In this document: positions 12,221-23,399 of the stretch, one piece after another | Numbering within the stretch: position 1 is the stretch's first letter | Layout of the letters: each line of letters starts with the position of its first letter | NCBI GenBank assembly: GCA_965287045.1 | Contig: OZ336882.1 | Location: 56,668,001-56,732,000 of the forward strand | Reading direction: 5' to 3' | Length of the DNA stretch: 64,000 nucleotides | Source: Carcharhinus amblyrhynchos | Lineage: Eukaryota | Position numbers and translations under genes: made by a program | The notes under the pieces: generated by a model | Database searches by the model: none | The model's input: the letters and a program-made list of their open reading frames with translations, nothing else | Told to the model about the DNA's origin: nothing

Positions 12221-14337
12221 CTTTGGGCAGAATTCTCACGGTCCTGCTGATGGGCTCAATAGCAAAGGGGAGGAGGGGCAAGAATTCAATGAGTCTATAA
12301 CTCAGTGTTGCGCCAATGTTAACTTCCTGTGGGGTTTTACATCGGGAAACCTGCTGGAGGCCGGTGTGACACTGATTTGTATCCCACTAATGGGATGCAG
12401 ATGAAGGCCTGCCTGGAATCTTCAACCCACACTGAATTTTCTGCAACGCCTAGAAAAGAACACATACGGAACAACGTGGCATGCTGAAGTCAGGACACAC
12501 CAGAACAATGCATTGGGCTGCCTCCGGAGTTCAGGATGGAGGCTGGATCCTGGAACACCACAGGTGTGGGTGGGGGGAACATCTTCAAGTAAATATTTCA
12601 AATTCAGTAACATCAAGAATGTGCATTGTCCATTCTTAGTGTTTCTGGAGATCTCTTTTTTTCAGGAGATCCATTTTCTTTCTTCTATGCTGGATTAGTG
12701 ATGTTGGGAGCCTTTTCAATATTGCACCCAGATATGGTGGCAGAACATCTGCCAAATTCCTAGCATTGCCTTGCTGAAGTAGAGGAAGGGAGTTCTTGTA
12801 CTGTGCAGAGTTAGGCCCAATGAAACTGTTGCCACTTGACAACTGGTGTAGGTTTAATTGGGAGCATTGTCTGGGTACATGATAAAGGCAATTGATTCTG
12901 GACGAGGTCAGCTATCTCAAGAAAAAATTGTCATTTGTTCCCTAAGTTACTTGCATTCTTGAGTGGGCTTTCCCAGCTTTAGGTTCCAAATCAGAATGGC
13001 ATCCAGCCAATCTGACTTCTAGTAGGCACAACAGGGTGGTGTCATTCCAATTGGGGATCTCAGCCCTGTGTTGTTGGCCGTGGGGAATTGGGAGGTCTCT
13101 TCTGTTGTGTGGTGAAGCAAGGATCCTAGAACTCCATGCCTTGGACATAGTAGCTACCTTTTTTCTTTTGGGTTTCCCATCTGCTTAGTCTCGTATTTTT
13201 CAAATTTAATTGTAAAATAATATGGAGCTTCTGTTTATTGAAGAACATATTAACGAATACTATTTGATGAAACAGGTTTTCTACTCAGAGTAAAAAGGAA
13301 TCGAGTTCCGATATTTTCAGACAGGCTAACAGTTACTATTAACTGTTGGTGCTCCTACTTATTGACCATCAATTTATGGGGTTAGACTGAAAAGTCTCCT
13401 TCTTGTCACATTATTTTGGACATCCAGATGAGGTTCAAAAGGCCAAGTTGCCAACTCCTGCTCCTAATTTGTATGTGTGATTATCGCATGGAGTTCAAGC
13501 ATCATCAGGGTAAAAGATATCAAGCAGTTCATTTTCATTCAGCAGTGTAAAGCCTACTCTGTTAACAGAGGGTTAATTTTTAAGGTAGAATAAAGAGTTA
13601 GATTTTGTCAAAATGCACACTTGGATAAGTCTCATTTTCATAGTTTGCACTAAAATAATCATATTTGTAATGGAGTATTATAATTTTAATGGGACTGATT
13701 TTGGGATTGATCAGGGCAGTGCTACTGTGTCATGACAGACAGCTGTGGAGAATGCTCCTGAAGGCTTTTTGAGTGATTGTTGTTTTTAATGAGTTGATTG
13801 TTTGATTACGTGGAAATATAATTGCATAATTAGAACTGTATAATTAATGATGAGTCGAGACAGAAATATCTGTGACTAAATTTGTAAATGACTCAATTTG
13901 TAAATTACCTAATCGAACGTATAAGCCCAGACCTCAAAATTGTAAATATAGTATAACCTGTACCTTTCAGCTTGAATAGCACTATTGTTCAATAAAACAG
14001 CTGTAGTTAAATACCAGGCTGAACATGTTGACGGTGTGTGTGGAGTCTACCTCAATATGTTAGATATATGCACCCAAAGTAACAGCAGCTATCTTTTCTC
14101 TTTACAGAATCTGACTGACTCAGTTCTGATCAAGGGCACACATCTGAAATGCCAAATTTTCTCTTTCCAGCTTCCTTGATCGACAAGTTCTGTACTTTAA
14201 CACATCCTTTTTATTTCAGATTTATAGTTTTAACATGTGTATTTAAAGCATTTTCAAATACATCGTTTCCAGCACTGTACATTGGCCTGTTAAATCTCTT
14301 ACTGTAGCTAATTTTGAAATGTATTTGCAATAATGCG

Positions 14338-14461
14338 TGGAATTTTCCTTTTTGCAATCACCCCAAAACTGGAAAACCCCAACCAAGATCAACAGACCTT
14401 TACATGGTCTGTCCCACCCGCTGTAATTCACGTGGTGGGCGGGACAGGACAATTCCCATCC
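14338..14461. mobile_element. Short MITE, putative PIF/Harbinger-type
   Basis: aat|gcgtggaattttcc...ggacaattcccatcc|aat: imperfect TIRs with a 3-bp duplication; related copies at 15475, 47776, 49058, 52799. Confidence 0.45.
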
Positions 14462-15829
14462 AATGTCTTTTAGCCTCCATAGACATTTGTTCAGATGGAG
14501 GCAATGGCATTGCTCCAACACAATACTATGTTATCCACCTGTATAACACAACATAGTATGATGTCTTGCTGACTACAGTAGTGCAGTAATATAGAGCAGG
14601 ACTTTTATAATATAATTTTGCAAAATTTTATAAGAAGGTTCTACTCCAGTATTTCTCAATTATAAATCATGCTAACTCATTCATTTTTTGTACAATCATT
14701 TTGAAAACTGGTGTAATTCTATAAATTTCAAAATGTAAGACTGTTAGTATGTAGCTCAATACAATGATGAAAATTTATAACTTGATAACCTTTACTTCCT
14801 GGGAATGAATTCATTAATTTGTGAGTGCTAGGCAAATTTGCCTTGCATCGTTGAGGCCAACCTGCATGGCCCATGAGGAGCTTTTCACTGAGAAGAGTTC
14901 AAGCAGCTATCTGCTTCCAACTATGTGGAAATGGGGCTATTTTGATGCCACGTAGTTTAACTTGCTGATATGCCATTATTATTCAGTAATGAAACAGCAA
15001 AATGGGCTGGGGTCCTTATCTAAAGGACCAGGCTCCCCAATTTCAGTAAGTTATATTTATGATATTTTTTCTTCACTGAAAAGTGTCTGCAAGTACACAG
15101 TGTTTCAATGCTTTTGCTAGAGTGTCTTGTCATAACCTCATTGGATTACAGATGACTTGTATGAGGGCTGTACCTACAGTGCCCTGTGTCTGCAGGAAGT
15201 TGGAACTCAGACTGTAGAGAATGAAAGCTTTGAGCCATGCCTTCTGCCAAATTGGAATCTGACTCTTCCATGCTCCTTGACAGTGACACAGGAGGCTGTC
15301 TGGTAGACCAGCCATTACATCCAACATGGTGTGCATGCTCATTCAACGACATCTTGCATGTCCCTGAATCAAAGTTCTAAGCTCTTTGTAGCAGTAATTT
15401 GTCTGTCACTTTGCCTTCTGGTGAGCTGGTAAATGAACCATCCCTTACTTATGCTTGTGCCTTTTGACTCACCAGGCAGGGATTTTACAGCCTCACTTGT
15501 CCCAAAACTGTAAAATCCCACCCTAGGCCAACAGACTTTTCCATCGTCCGTCCGTTGCCCAATTCCAGTGGCAGCCGAGGGGGTGTAAAATTCTGGCCAA
15601 CATGTTTTAATTCCAACTCTAGACCAGCCTTCAAGATATCTAAGCTAGTGGCTGCATACATCACATCAAATGACAGGACCTCTCCATTACTGCTGTGTTT
15701 TTGCTCTCTTTTCTTCCTTGGGTTACTTCGATTGTACAGCAAAAATAGTTATTACTTGAAAGCTGGAACTCAAGAAAAGTTGGTGAAGAATGAGTTGCTG
15801 TGTTTTATTTAAATTAAACTTGACCTTTA

Positions 15830-16230
15830 TTCTTATACTCTTAGGCCTTATTAATAAAACCTAGCCTCATGTATTCTTAACCACTGTCTCAACTTGTTCT
15901 GCCACTTTCACAGACTTATACACATACTGAGGTTTTCTGCTCTTACACCCACTTTAGAATTGGCTCCTTTACATTATATATCCATGTTCTTCAGTTAGTC
16001 ACTTCACTCTTTTCATCACTGAATTTCATCTGCCACCTGTCGATACATTCCACCAACCTATGTCCTTTTGAAGTTCTTGCACACAGTTCACAATGCTTCC
16101 AAATTTTGTATCATCCACAAATTTTAAAATATATTGTGTAAACCAAAGCCTAGATCATTAATATATATCAGCAAGAGTACCAACCACTGGGGAACTTCAC
16201 TACAAATCTTATTCCAATTCAAAAACTGCC
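15830..16230 (-). mobile_element. CR1 LINE fragment
   Basis: Reverse strand shows the CR1 RT region (cactgaatttcatctgccac, ttgtatcatccacaaattt, gatcattaatatatatc, caccactggggaac). Confidence 0.65.
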
Positions 16231-16789
16231 TATTCATTCACTACAAGGTCCATTAACTGGGTCCCTTTTCAGATTACAAAGATATGCAGGAGGGCTCCAG
16301 CAATGGAATCCCCTTTCACTCCTTATCACGAACCTGTGGACTACTTAGCACAGTAGAAATGAATTGAGGATATGGGTGTGCTATTGCTATTCATTTGTAC
16401 AGTCTAATTTCTCAACCAAAGTCCATCATAGAATGCACTGTAGGGTGTTCTTGGTGTTGCTGTATATGGTATAAATCTCACCCAAATTCCACTCCTAAAC
16501 CAGGCTGATCACTTGTGCCATCTTTGCTTTATCTGGAGATTAAAAATGGACTCTGTCCACAGGGACATAATGTACAAATTTTGAGATGAAGGGACGAAAA
16601 ACGTACTCCATGTCACCCTTATCCTGGTGGCCCGCTTTTTATCCATCTGCATGAAGATTTGTGTAGACACTGTACACAAACGCCAAGAGTGGAAGTTTTC
16701 CCATCCAGCCCGCCACAGGAATCATGGTGGGCGGGGACAGACCATGCAAAGGTCCGTTGACCTTTGGGCGGGTTGCCACAGAACTCTCG

Positions 16790-17430
16790 TTTAGATTATG
16801 CCATACCACCTGTCCTTTGTGGAAACCATTTACAGAAAAACACCTTTGATTGCAAGTCCATCAGGTAGGTTCCACTCCCAACACTCTCAAGAAAAGGGAA
16901 TCTTATTGAAAACATCTTATTGCCAAAACTTTCAATCAAGCACCACAATATAGCTTGGCTGGTGGTGAGATGGGTTTTTCCCCTTATATCATTCGTGCAC
17001 ATCTGATGTTGTAGCACAACTACATCTAGAATCCCAACCCCATCACGTGATGCCCTCTAGGCATTTGCAGTGGAGAACAGTCCATCATCTTCCTCCTGGC
17101 CTGTGCCTTTGCAAAGAAAGTCTGAAAAGACTTTTTTTGTCAAGATTAATCCTGAGTCGCGCAGAAAAGCAGATCTGTGCTGTGTGGGCAGTTCCCAGGA
17201 ACGCACGCAGAGACAACTGTTGGTGGAGGCCTGCAAACCAGATGAAAGACCCTCTTTGGCCTCCCTGAAACTCTGTTCTTCTAATGGAAAGAGTTGCCTG
17301 TGGGCATGTGTTACAAATTGGCACACTCCTTTATTCAGGACTATATGCTGAGGGATGAGGTAAAGCTTGGGCAGTCATTGCAAAGGCTCAGTAAGAAAGA
17401 TCACTGTTACTAGAAACACTAAAGGGCTGC
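16790..17430 (+). mobile_element. Ancient L1/Tx1 LINE ORF2 C-terminal remnant
   Basis: Frameshifted remnants AWLVVR, HLP/LLAC.FAK, KDPLW and QDYMLRD resemble the Tx1 ORF2 C-terminus. Confidence 0.55.
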
Positions 17431-17443
17431 AACTCATAACATC

Positions 17444-17540
17444 GTAAGAAGTCTCACAACACCAGGTTAGGACTCTAACCTGGTGTTGTGAGACTTCTTA
17501 CTGTGTTTACCCCAGTCCAACACCGGCATCTCTACATCAT
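17444..17540. mobile_element. 97-bp inverted Penelope-like terminal element with 10-bp TSD
   Basis: Perfect 27-bp stem 17444-17470/17475-17501 with gact loop, plus 3' extension ending gcatctctacatcat; TSD tcataacatc at 17434-17443 and 17541-17550. Confidence 0.85.
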
Positions 17541-17917
17541 TCATAACATCTCTAGGGCTGGATGCAGCAGAGAATGTTTGACATAAAATATAAATGTATC
17601 TTCTAAATATATATAATTGTAGATTCAATGAGGGACCTCAAAGTGCTATGTACTGTACTGAAATAAACAACTGTATTGCATTTTATGTAGTCAATTGTCA
17701 TGAACCGTTACAAACTTGTAAAGTTTAATGTTGGAAAGAAGTCCATCATAGAATACAGGAAAACTGTTTCCTAACAGATGTTGGTGAAGTATAGATTTGT
17801 GCTAAAAGTTGATGTGTACATTCTACCAGGAGAAAAACTGGATTGCCCTCATTGTTAAGCATATACTGAAATTGTCGTAAATTTTAGTGAGACTTCAGCG
17901 GTTTTCTCTTAATGTAG

Positions 17918-18131
17918 ATGGTATGATCTCCAGTCCAAACCTAACAAAGTAGCAAAGGACAGAGGCCAGCTACAGCTTGCATTTGAGTTCCTACATGACA
18001 ATATGACAGCAAGCTCATACGAGCTATTCAAGAGAAGACCTCAGTCTGTATTTGACAAGTTTAAGGACAAAGTAACTTCCTTTAAGTATGGAATGACTCA
18101 TGAGATTTTACCATCTGAAAAGCCCAGCACT
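17918..18131 (+). CDS. RAB11FIP2-like: Class I Rab11-FIP exon 2 (end of C2 domain and NMTAS region)
   Basis: ttttctcttaatgtag| acceptor, phase 2; (E)WYDLQSKPNKVAKDRGQLQLAFEFLHDNMTASSYELFKRRPQSVFDKFKDKV matches FIP W..L.SK..K...RGEI.V.IQFMRNNMTASMFDLSMKDK.RSPF.KLKDK; donor ACT|gtgagt, phase 0. Confidence 0.92.
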
Positions 18132-19291
18132 GTGAGTAAATAATTTTTTCGTTTTGATGTTCAGGCTAAGAAGAATGGTATTAGTATTTTTGTGTATTTA
18201 AGTTGAAGAAAATTAAGAAAATGTTTCACATGGAACAACTTCCTTGATTGAAATTTGGAGCTGACATTCCTAAGGCTTTCTGTGCACTGAAATGCTAGGA
18301 AAATATCCATTCATTAGGGGTCTTTTATTTATATTTTCCACTTTTGAGATCTTCAGTTACAAGAGCAAGAAGCATGCTTCTTGTTACCGGGAAGCCAGGC
18401 GGATCTCATCCAAGTTGCTCTTTCCAGTAAAAAGAGTCCAGGCCACAATTTATCTTTGCAGCTGGGGTGGAGAAGAATTAATCTGAATGATACTTGCCCA
18501 CTTCAGAGATTAGTCATATTTACTTCTGCCAGCCTGGAAATATAGATGATTCCCCTAGTCGTCAAGGGGAGTGCACCAAGCTTCCCTGTTTTAGAAGGGA
18601 GAATCAAGGATAAATGAGCATAAATAGAAAAGGCAAAGTGCCATTGCAGATAGTATCTGTTTCAGCTTTGGCAGCTTAGGGTGAATGAATCATTGAAATG
18701 ACTATTTATATTATATTATTTCAGACAACAAACTATTTGGGGGCTTCTCAGTGGCACTAGGATAAGTTCTGATCTCGCTTTTTGTTTCTTTGTACAGTTA
18801 TTCTTTTCTTGTCCAAATTCCTGCAGCTTGTATGCAGTTTGTTGAATGTGGGCCGGATATCCTACATCTTCCTACATTTCTGCCAATGGTGGTATCACAT
18901 TTGCTGGAAAAATAGAGAAGTCCACAGAATATGTAATAGCACTGGGGCCTGTGATCAATTCTGGTGTGTGTTCCAGAAATACACTGGCACCATTTAATAC
19001 AAAAATGTTTTGGGAAATGATACAGGAAAATCACTGTTGCATTTCACACATTCAGGCGTGTGATTTTCAACAGAGAGTTACAGAACTCCTAGCCTTTCAC
19101 AGATGAAACACTGAAGCAGATGATTGATTAATTTTGACAGCCATTTATTTTTCTTCCTTATTTCTGTTAGTAACGGGTACTTTAATGTGGACTATTCTGT
19201 ATGCTAATTGATGTTTCTGTTCTGTGATTTGGACAATGACAGACAGCTTTATTAATGGTCTGCCTCACTCAAACCATTTTGTTTTCTACAG

Positions 19292-19307
19292 GGAAGGATA
19301 GGAACCG
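19292..19307 (+). CDS. Candidate 16-nt microexon (GRIGT), phase 0 to 1
   Basis: ttttgttttctacag|GGAAGGATAGGAACCG|gtgaga; restores frame between exon 2 and the 29410 exon. Confidence 0.35.
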
Positions 19308-19936
19308 GTGAGAAACTATTTGTTAGAGGTTATGGGATAAGAAAGGAATGGTTTGTAATTTATTTTAGACTGTCAAGCAGTGGAAATGAATAGAGGAAGA
19401 GTTATGGAGACAAATTAAGAAATATACAAAACAACAATGCCATAATAGTGTATTGATTTCATTCCAGAAGATTATTGTTTTACCTAGATAATGTTGCATT
19501 TTCGGTGATTCAATCTGTGGCTGCAAAATTTGGTAATTGAGGGTGTTGCCTGACATTCACAGGAATTAGCTTTCCAGCAAGGAAAAATGAATTCTGGTTG
19601 AGTTTTTCTCTGGCCAGCCCAGCAACATGAAGTTAACTGCACCTCTTGCTGTCTTTTTAGCTCAGATCAGCTAACCAAGCACTTACCTTAAATTGAACGT
19701 TGGACCTTCTAGATTGTGAAGGCCAGTTACGCACTGCTATTCCCAGCTGAGCCATTGAGGTGTTTGGACAATGTGGGGTATTTTTCCTTCCAATGATCCA
19801 TTACTTCAGATTATAGTATGTTGTTCCTGTTCTTGTCAATAGAAAATCACATGAGAATGTACATGATTGGAAAATGCTATTTGTCTATTTGGCAAGTTAT
19901 TAAGTTCTTAAGCTAATTTTGTATTTTATTGATTAG

Positions 19937-19985
19937 AGCTTGAAACATCACAGAAATGGGAAAATGTCGAAATCACACAGTTACG
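19937..19985 (+). CDS. Candidate 49-nt exon 3 (SLKHHRNGKMSKSHSY), phase 0 to 1
   Basis: Branch-like ctaat, U-rich tract, attag| acceptor, strong donor CG|gtaagg; open frame bridging exon 2 to the 29410 exon. Confidence 0.6.
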
Positions 19986-21139
19986 GTAAGGACTCTAATG
20001 TAATTCAGTCTGTAGCTCACTTGCCACTTCTGTGATCATATTGGCCAACATACCTCAAAGGAAAGTCCAAATGCATAAGTTGTGCCTAAAATTAAGACTT
20101 TGACCTATGATTGGATAGTGGCAGTTTGAGATTAAAACAGAAACTTGTTAGTGAGCAGATTGTTCCTGTTCATGGGATACTGGCATGGACTGTAAAAATT
20201 GGCATTAACAGTCCTGCTCACTGTTCACAGAAATCTGCCATTGATATTGCCTTAATACCCATATATGTTTCACATTTTTTCTGTGACAGATCAAATTTAT
20301 TAAAATAAGGCCTTAAATTATTCCCTCATTTAAAGTGGTGTGCTGCATTCTGTGCTCTTCTGATTCCCAAAGGAGAAACTTTATAAAAGAACTCTTGTAG
20401 AGGTTTGTTGAACATTTCTTTGCCTTCATGTTTTTGCAGATGGATTTGACCTTTTCCTGTGTTTTTCTTCTTAATTTTTTTTGTATATGGAAACAATTCT
20501 GTGTAGAAAACTCTGGAAATTCAATCATTAAAGCATTTAACAGAAGTGCAAAAAAGACCTTTTAAATAAAAATGCAATTATAAAAACTTTCACTGCAACT
20601 TAATGAGAAACACACTCTAACTGAGTTCTATAGTATCCCAGTCATAGCATTTTGCGGTTGAAGTGATATAATATATAAGAAGTTATGCCAGGGAGATCAA
20701 TTTCCATGGAAGTTTAATTGCCTACACTTGTCATTATCTAAGAAACCATTGCTACAGGCCTTGGCACATCTATGGCCCGTGACTAAAGAAAATTGCCACT
20801 GTAAGCTGCAGATCATCATGAAGCATGTGACACAACTGTCCCTTCTGCTACAAGGAAACCTAAGCCGTCACGATAAAATCTACTGGTAGTTTCTAAGTTA
20901 ATGTAAATCTGCAACATCAGTCATTCTGCTTCCAACAAAGCGGCTGAGTGGCTCCCTCCTGCTCCTAATTTATATGAATAACAACAACTTGATGTACCAC
21001 TAAATTTAGACACATTGCTACATTTCTAAAATAGAGAAATTGTTGATGGCAGTCATTTTTCCTAAGCAGCAGGTTCCTCTTCTCACTGTGATACAACTAG
21101 TTGATCCTGATCAAATACTGTGATTTATTCATTCATTGA

Positions 21140-21355
21140 AATCACATGTAGGCCAGACCAGGTGAGGACATTAATGAACCAGTTGGGTTTTTTTTGACAA
21201 TCGACAGTGGTTTCATGGTCATTAATAATTCCAGAGTTTATTGAATTCAGATCTCACCATCTGCCATGGTGGAATTGGAACCTTGGTCCCCAAATCTTGT
21301 CCTGGATGTCTGCATTTCTAGTCCAGTGACAATACCACTACACAACTGCCTTCCC
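21140..21355 (-). mobile_element. tRNA-head SINE
   Basis: Reverse strand begins gggaaggcagttgtgtagtggtattgtcactggactag...ggttccaattccacc (A/B-box-like); body shared with 27250-27580. Confidence 0.65.
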
Positions 21356-21515
21356 AAAGGACAAACAAGGCAAATGATTACACTATGAATGGTAGGACCC
21401 AGGAAAGTAATGAAGGTCAGAGGGATCTTGGTGTGTATATCATAGATCCCTGGAAGTGGCAGAGCAAGAAGGCATATGGGTTACTTGCCTTTATTAGCTG
21501 AGGCACAGAATACAA

Positions 21516-22778
21516 GTAAGAAGTCTCTCAACACCAGGTTAAAGTCCAACAGGTTTATTTGGCAGCACAAGCTTTTGGAATGTCACTCTTCCTTCAGGTG
21601 AGTGAGGAGTTGTGTTCACAAACAGGTCATATATAGACACAAACTCAATTCACAAGATAATGGTTGGAATGCGAGTCTTTACATGTAATCAAGTCTTAAA
21701 GTACAGACAATGTGAGTGGAGAGAGGGTTAAGCACAGGTTAAAGAGATGTGTACTGTTTCCAGCTAGGACAGTTCGTGAGATTTTGCAAGCCCAGGCAAG
21801 TCGTGGGGGTTACAAATAGTGTGACATGAATCCAAGGTCCTGGTTGAGGCCATCCTCATGAGTTCAGAATTTGGCTATCAGTTTTTGCTCAGCAATTCTG
21901 TGTTATGTGTCGTAAAGACCGTCTTGAAGAACACTCAACCGAAGATCAGAGACTGAATGCCTGTGACTGCTGAAGTGTTCCCTGACAGGAAGAGAACATT
22001 CCTGTCTGGTGATGTCGAGTGGTGTTCATTCATCCATTGTCGTAGTGTCTGCATGGTGTCCTCAATATATCATGCCTCAGGACATCCTTTCCTGCAGCGT
22101 ATCAGGTAGACAATGCTGGCCGAGTTGCAAGAGTATGTACCATGTACCTGGTGGATGGTGTTCTCATGTGAGATGATGGCATCCATGTCAATGATCCGGC
22201 ATGTCCTGCAGAGGTTGCTGTGGCAAGGATGTGTGGTGTTGTGGTCACTGTTCTCCTGAAGTCTGGATAGTTTGCTGTGGACCAGGCAGGAGTGTTCAGC
22301 AGTCACAGGCATTCAGCCTCTGATCTTCAGGTAAGCGTTCTCCAACGCAGCCTTCATGACACATGACAATGCAGAATCGCTGAGCAGAAACTGATAGCCA
22401 AATTCTGCACACACGAGGCCTCAACCAGGATCTTGGGTTCATGTTACACTAACTGTAATCGCCACGACTTGCAAAATCTCACTAATTGTCCTGGCTGGAG
22501 ACAACACACACCTCTTTAACCTGTGCTTAACCCCCTCTCCATTCACATTGTCTGTTCCTTTAAGACTTTACCTGTAAAGATTCGCATTCCAACCATTATC
22601 TTGTAAATTGAGTTTGTGTCTCTATATGCCATGCTTGTGAACACAACTCCTCACTCATCTGAAGAAGGAGCGACACTCTGAAAGCTTGTGCAAACAAATA
22701 AACCTGTTGGACTCAAACTTGGTGTTGTGAGACTTCTTACTGTGCTTACCCCAGTCTAACGCAGGCATCTCCACATCA
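21516..22778. mobile_element. Penelope-like element in inverted configuration, GIY-YIG C-terminal remnant
   Basis: Minus-strand ORF 22070-22312 with C..C and GTYSCNSASIVYLIRCRKGCPEA (GIY-YIG-like); arms ~21516-21985 and ~22287-22741 are inverted; direct repeat cacagaatacaag at 21504-21516 and 22777-22789. Confidence 0.85.
22656..22690 (+). ncRNA. Minimal type I hammerhead ribozyme-like motif in Penelope pLTR
   Basis: cat-CTGAAGA-aggagcgacactct-GAAA-gctt-gtg: core boxes, short stem II, palindromic AAGCTT stem III. Confidence 0.5.
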
Positions 22779-23399
22779 CAGAATACAAGAACAGGGAGGT
22801 CATACTGTAATTGTATAATATGTTGGTTAGGCTTCAACTGGAATACTGTGTACAGTTCTGGTCGTCATATTATGGGAAGAATGTGATTGCACTGGAGAGG
22901 GTGCAGAGCAGACTTACCGGAACGCTGCCTGGGCTGGAGGGTCTGAACTACGAGAAATGATTGAATAGGCTGGGGCTGTTTTCCTTGGAGCAGTGAAGGT
23001 TGAGAGGGGATCTGATTTGAGGGGCATAGTTAGGGTGAATAAGAAGGCAATTTTTCCATTTGTAGAGGGGTTAATAACCAAGAAGCATAAATATAAAGTC
23101 AGAAGACTGAGGGGAGTTGGGAGACTGGAACTCATTGAAAAGGTAGTTCAATCAGAAACTCTCATAACATTTAAGTATTTACATAGTTATAATCTGCCAT
23201 AATCCCCAGGGCTATGGGATTAGTGTAGTCAGATAGACATGAAAGGCCAAATGGCCTCCTTTTTGTGCTGTAAATATTTATGAATCTAAGTGATGGATGA
23301 ATTGGCCTCTGCTGACAAGCCTTTATGCACCAAGGATGACATCAGGTCACATGACAATGGCAAGCCACATTGCACAAAGGCACTGCTCCAAACATGCCC

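Larger units (their letters stand above)
21360..23285 (+). mobile_element. CR1 LINE 3' part interrupted by the Penelope insertion
   Basis: gcatatgggttacttgcctttattagctgaggcacagaatacaag resumes at 22779 (ggaatactgtgtacagttctggtc...ggagagggtgcagagcag) and runs to the tail aatggcctcctttttgtgctgtaaat. Confidence 0.75.

Noticed and set aside
18782-19106. ORFs and pyrimidine tracts in intron 2
   Set aside because: No homology and no convincing acceptor/donor pair in a compatible phase
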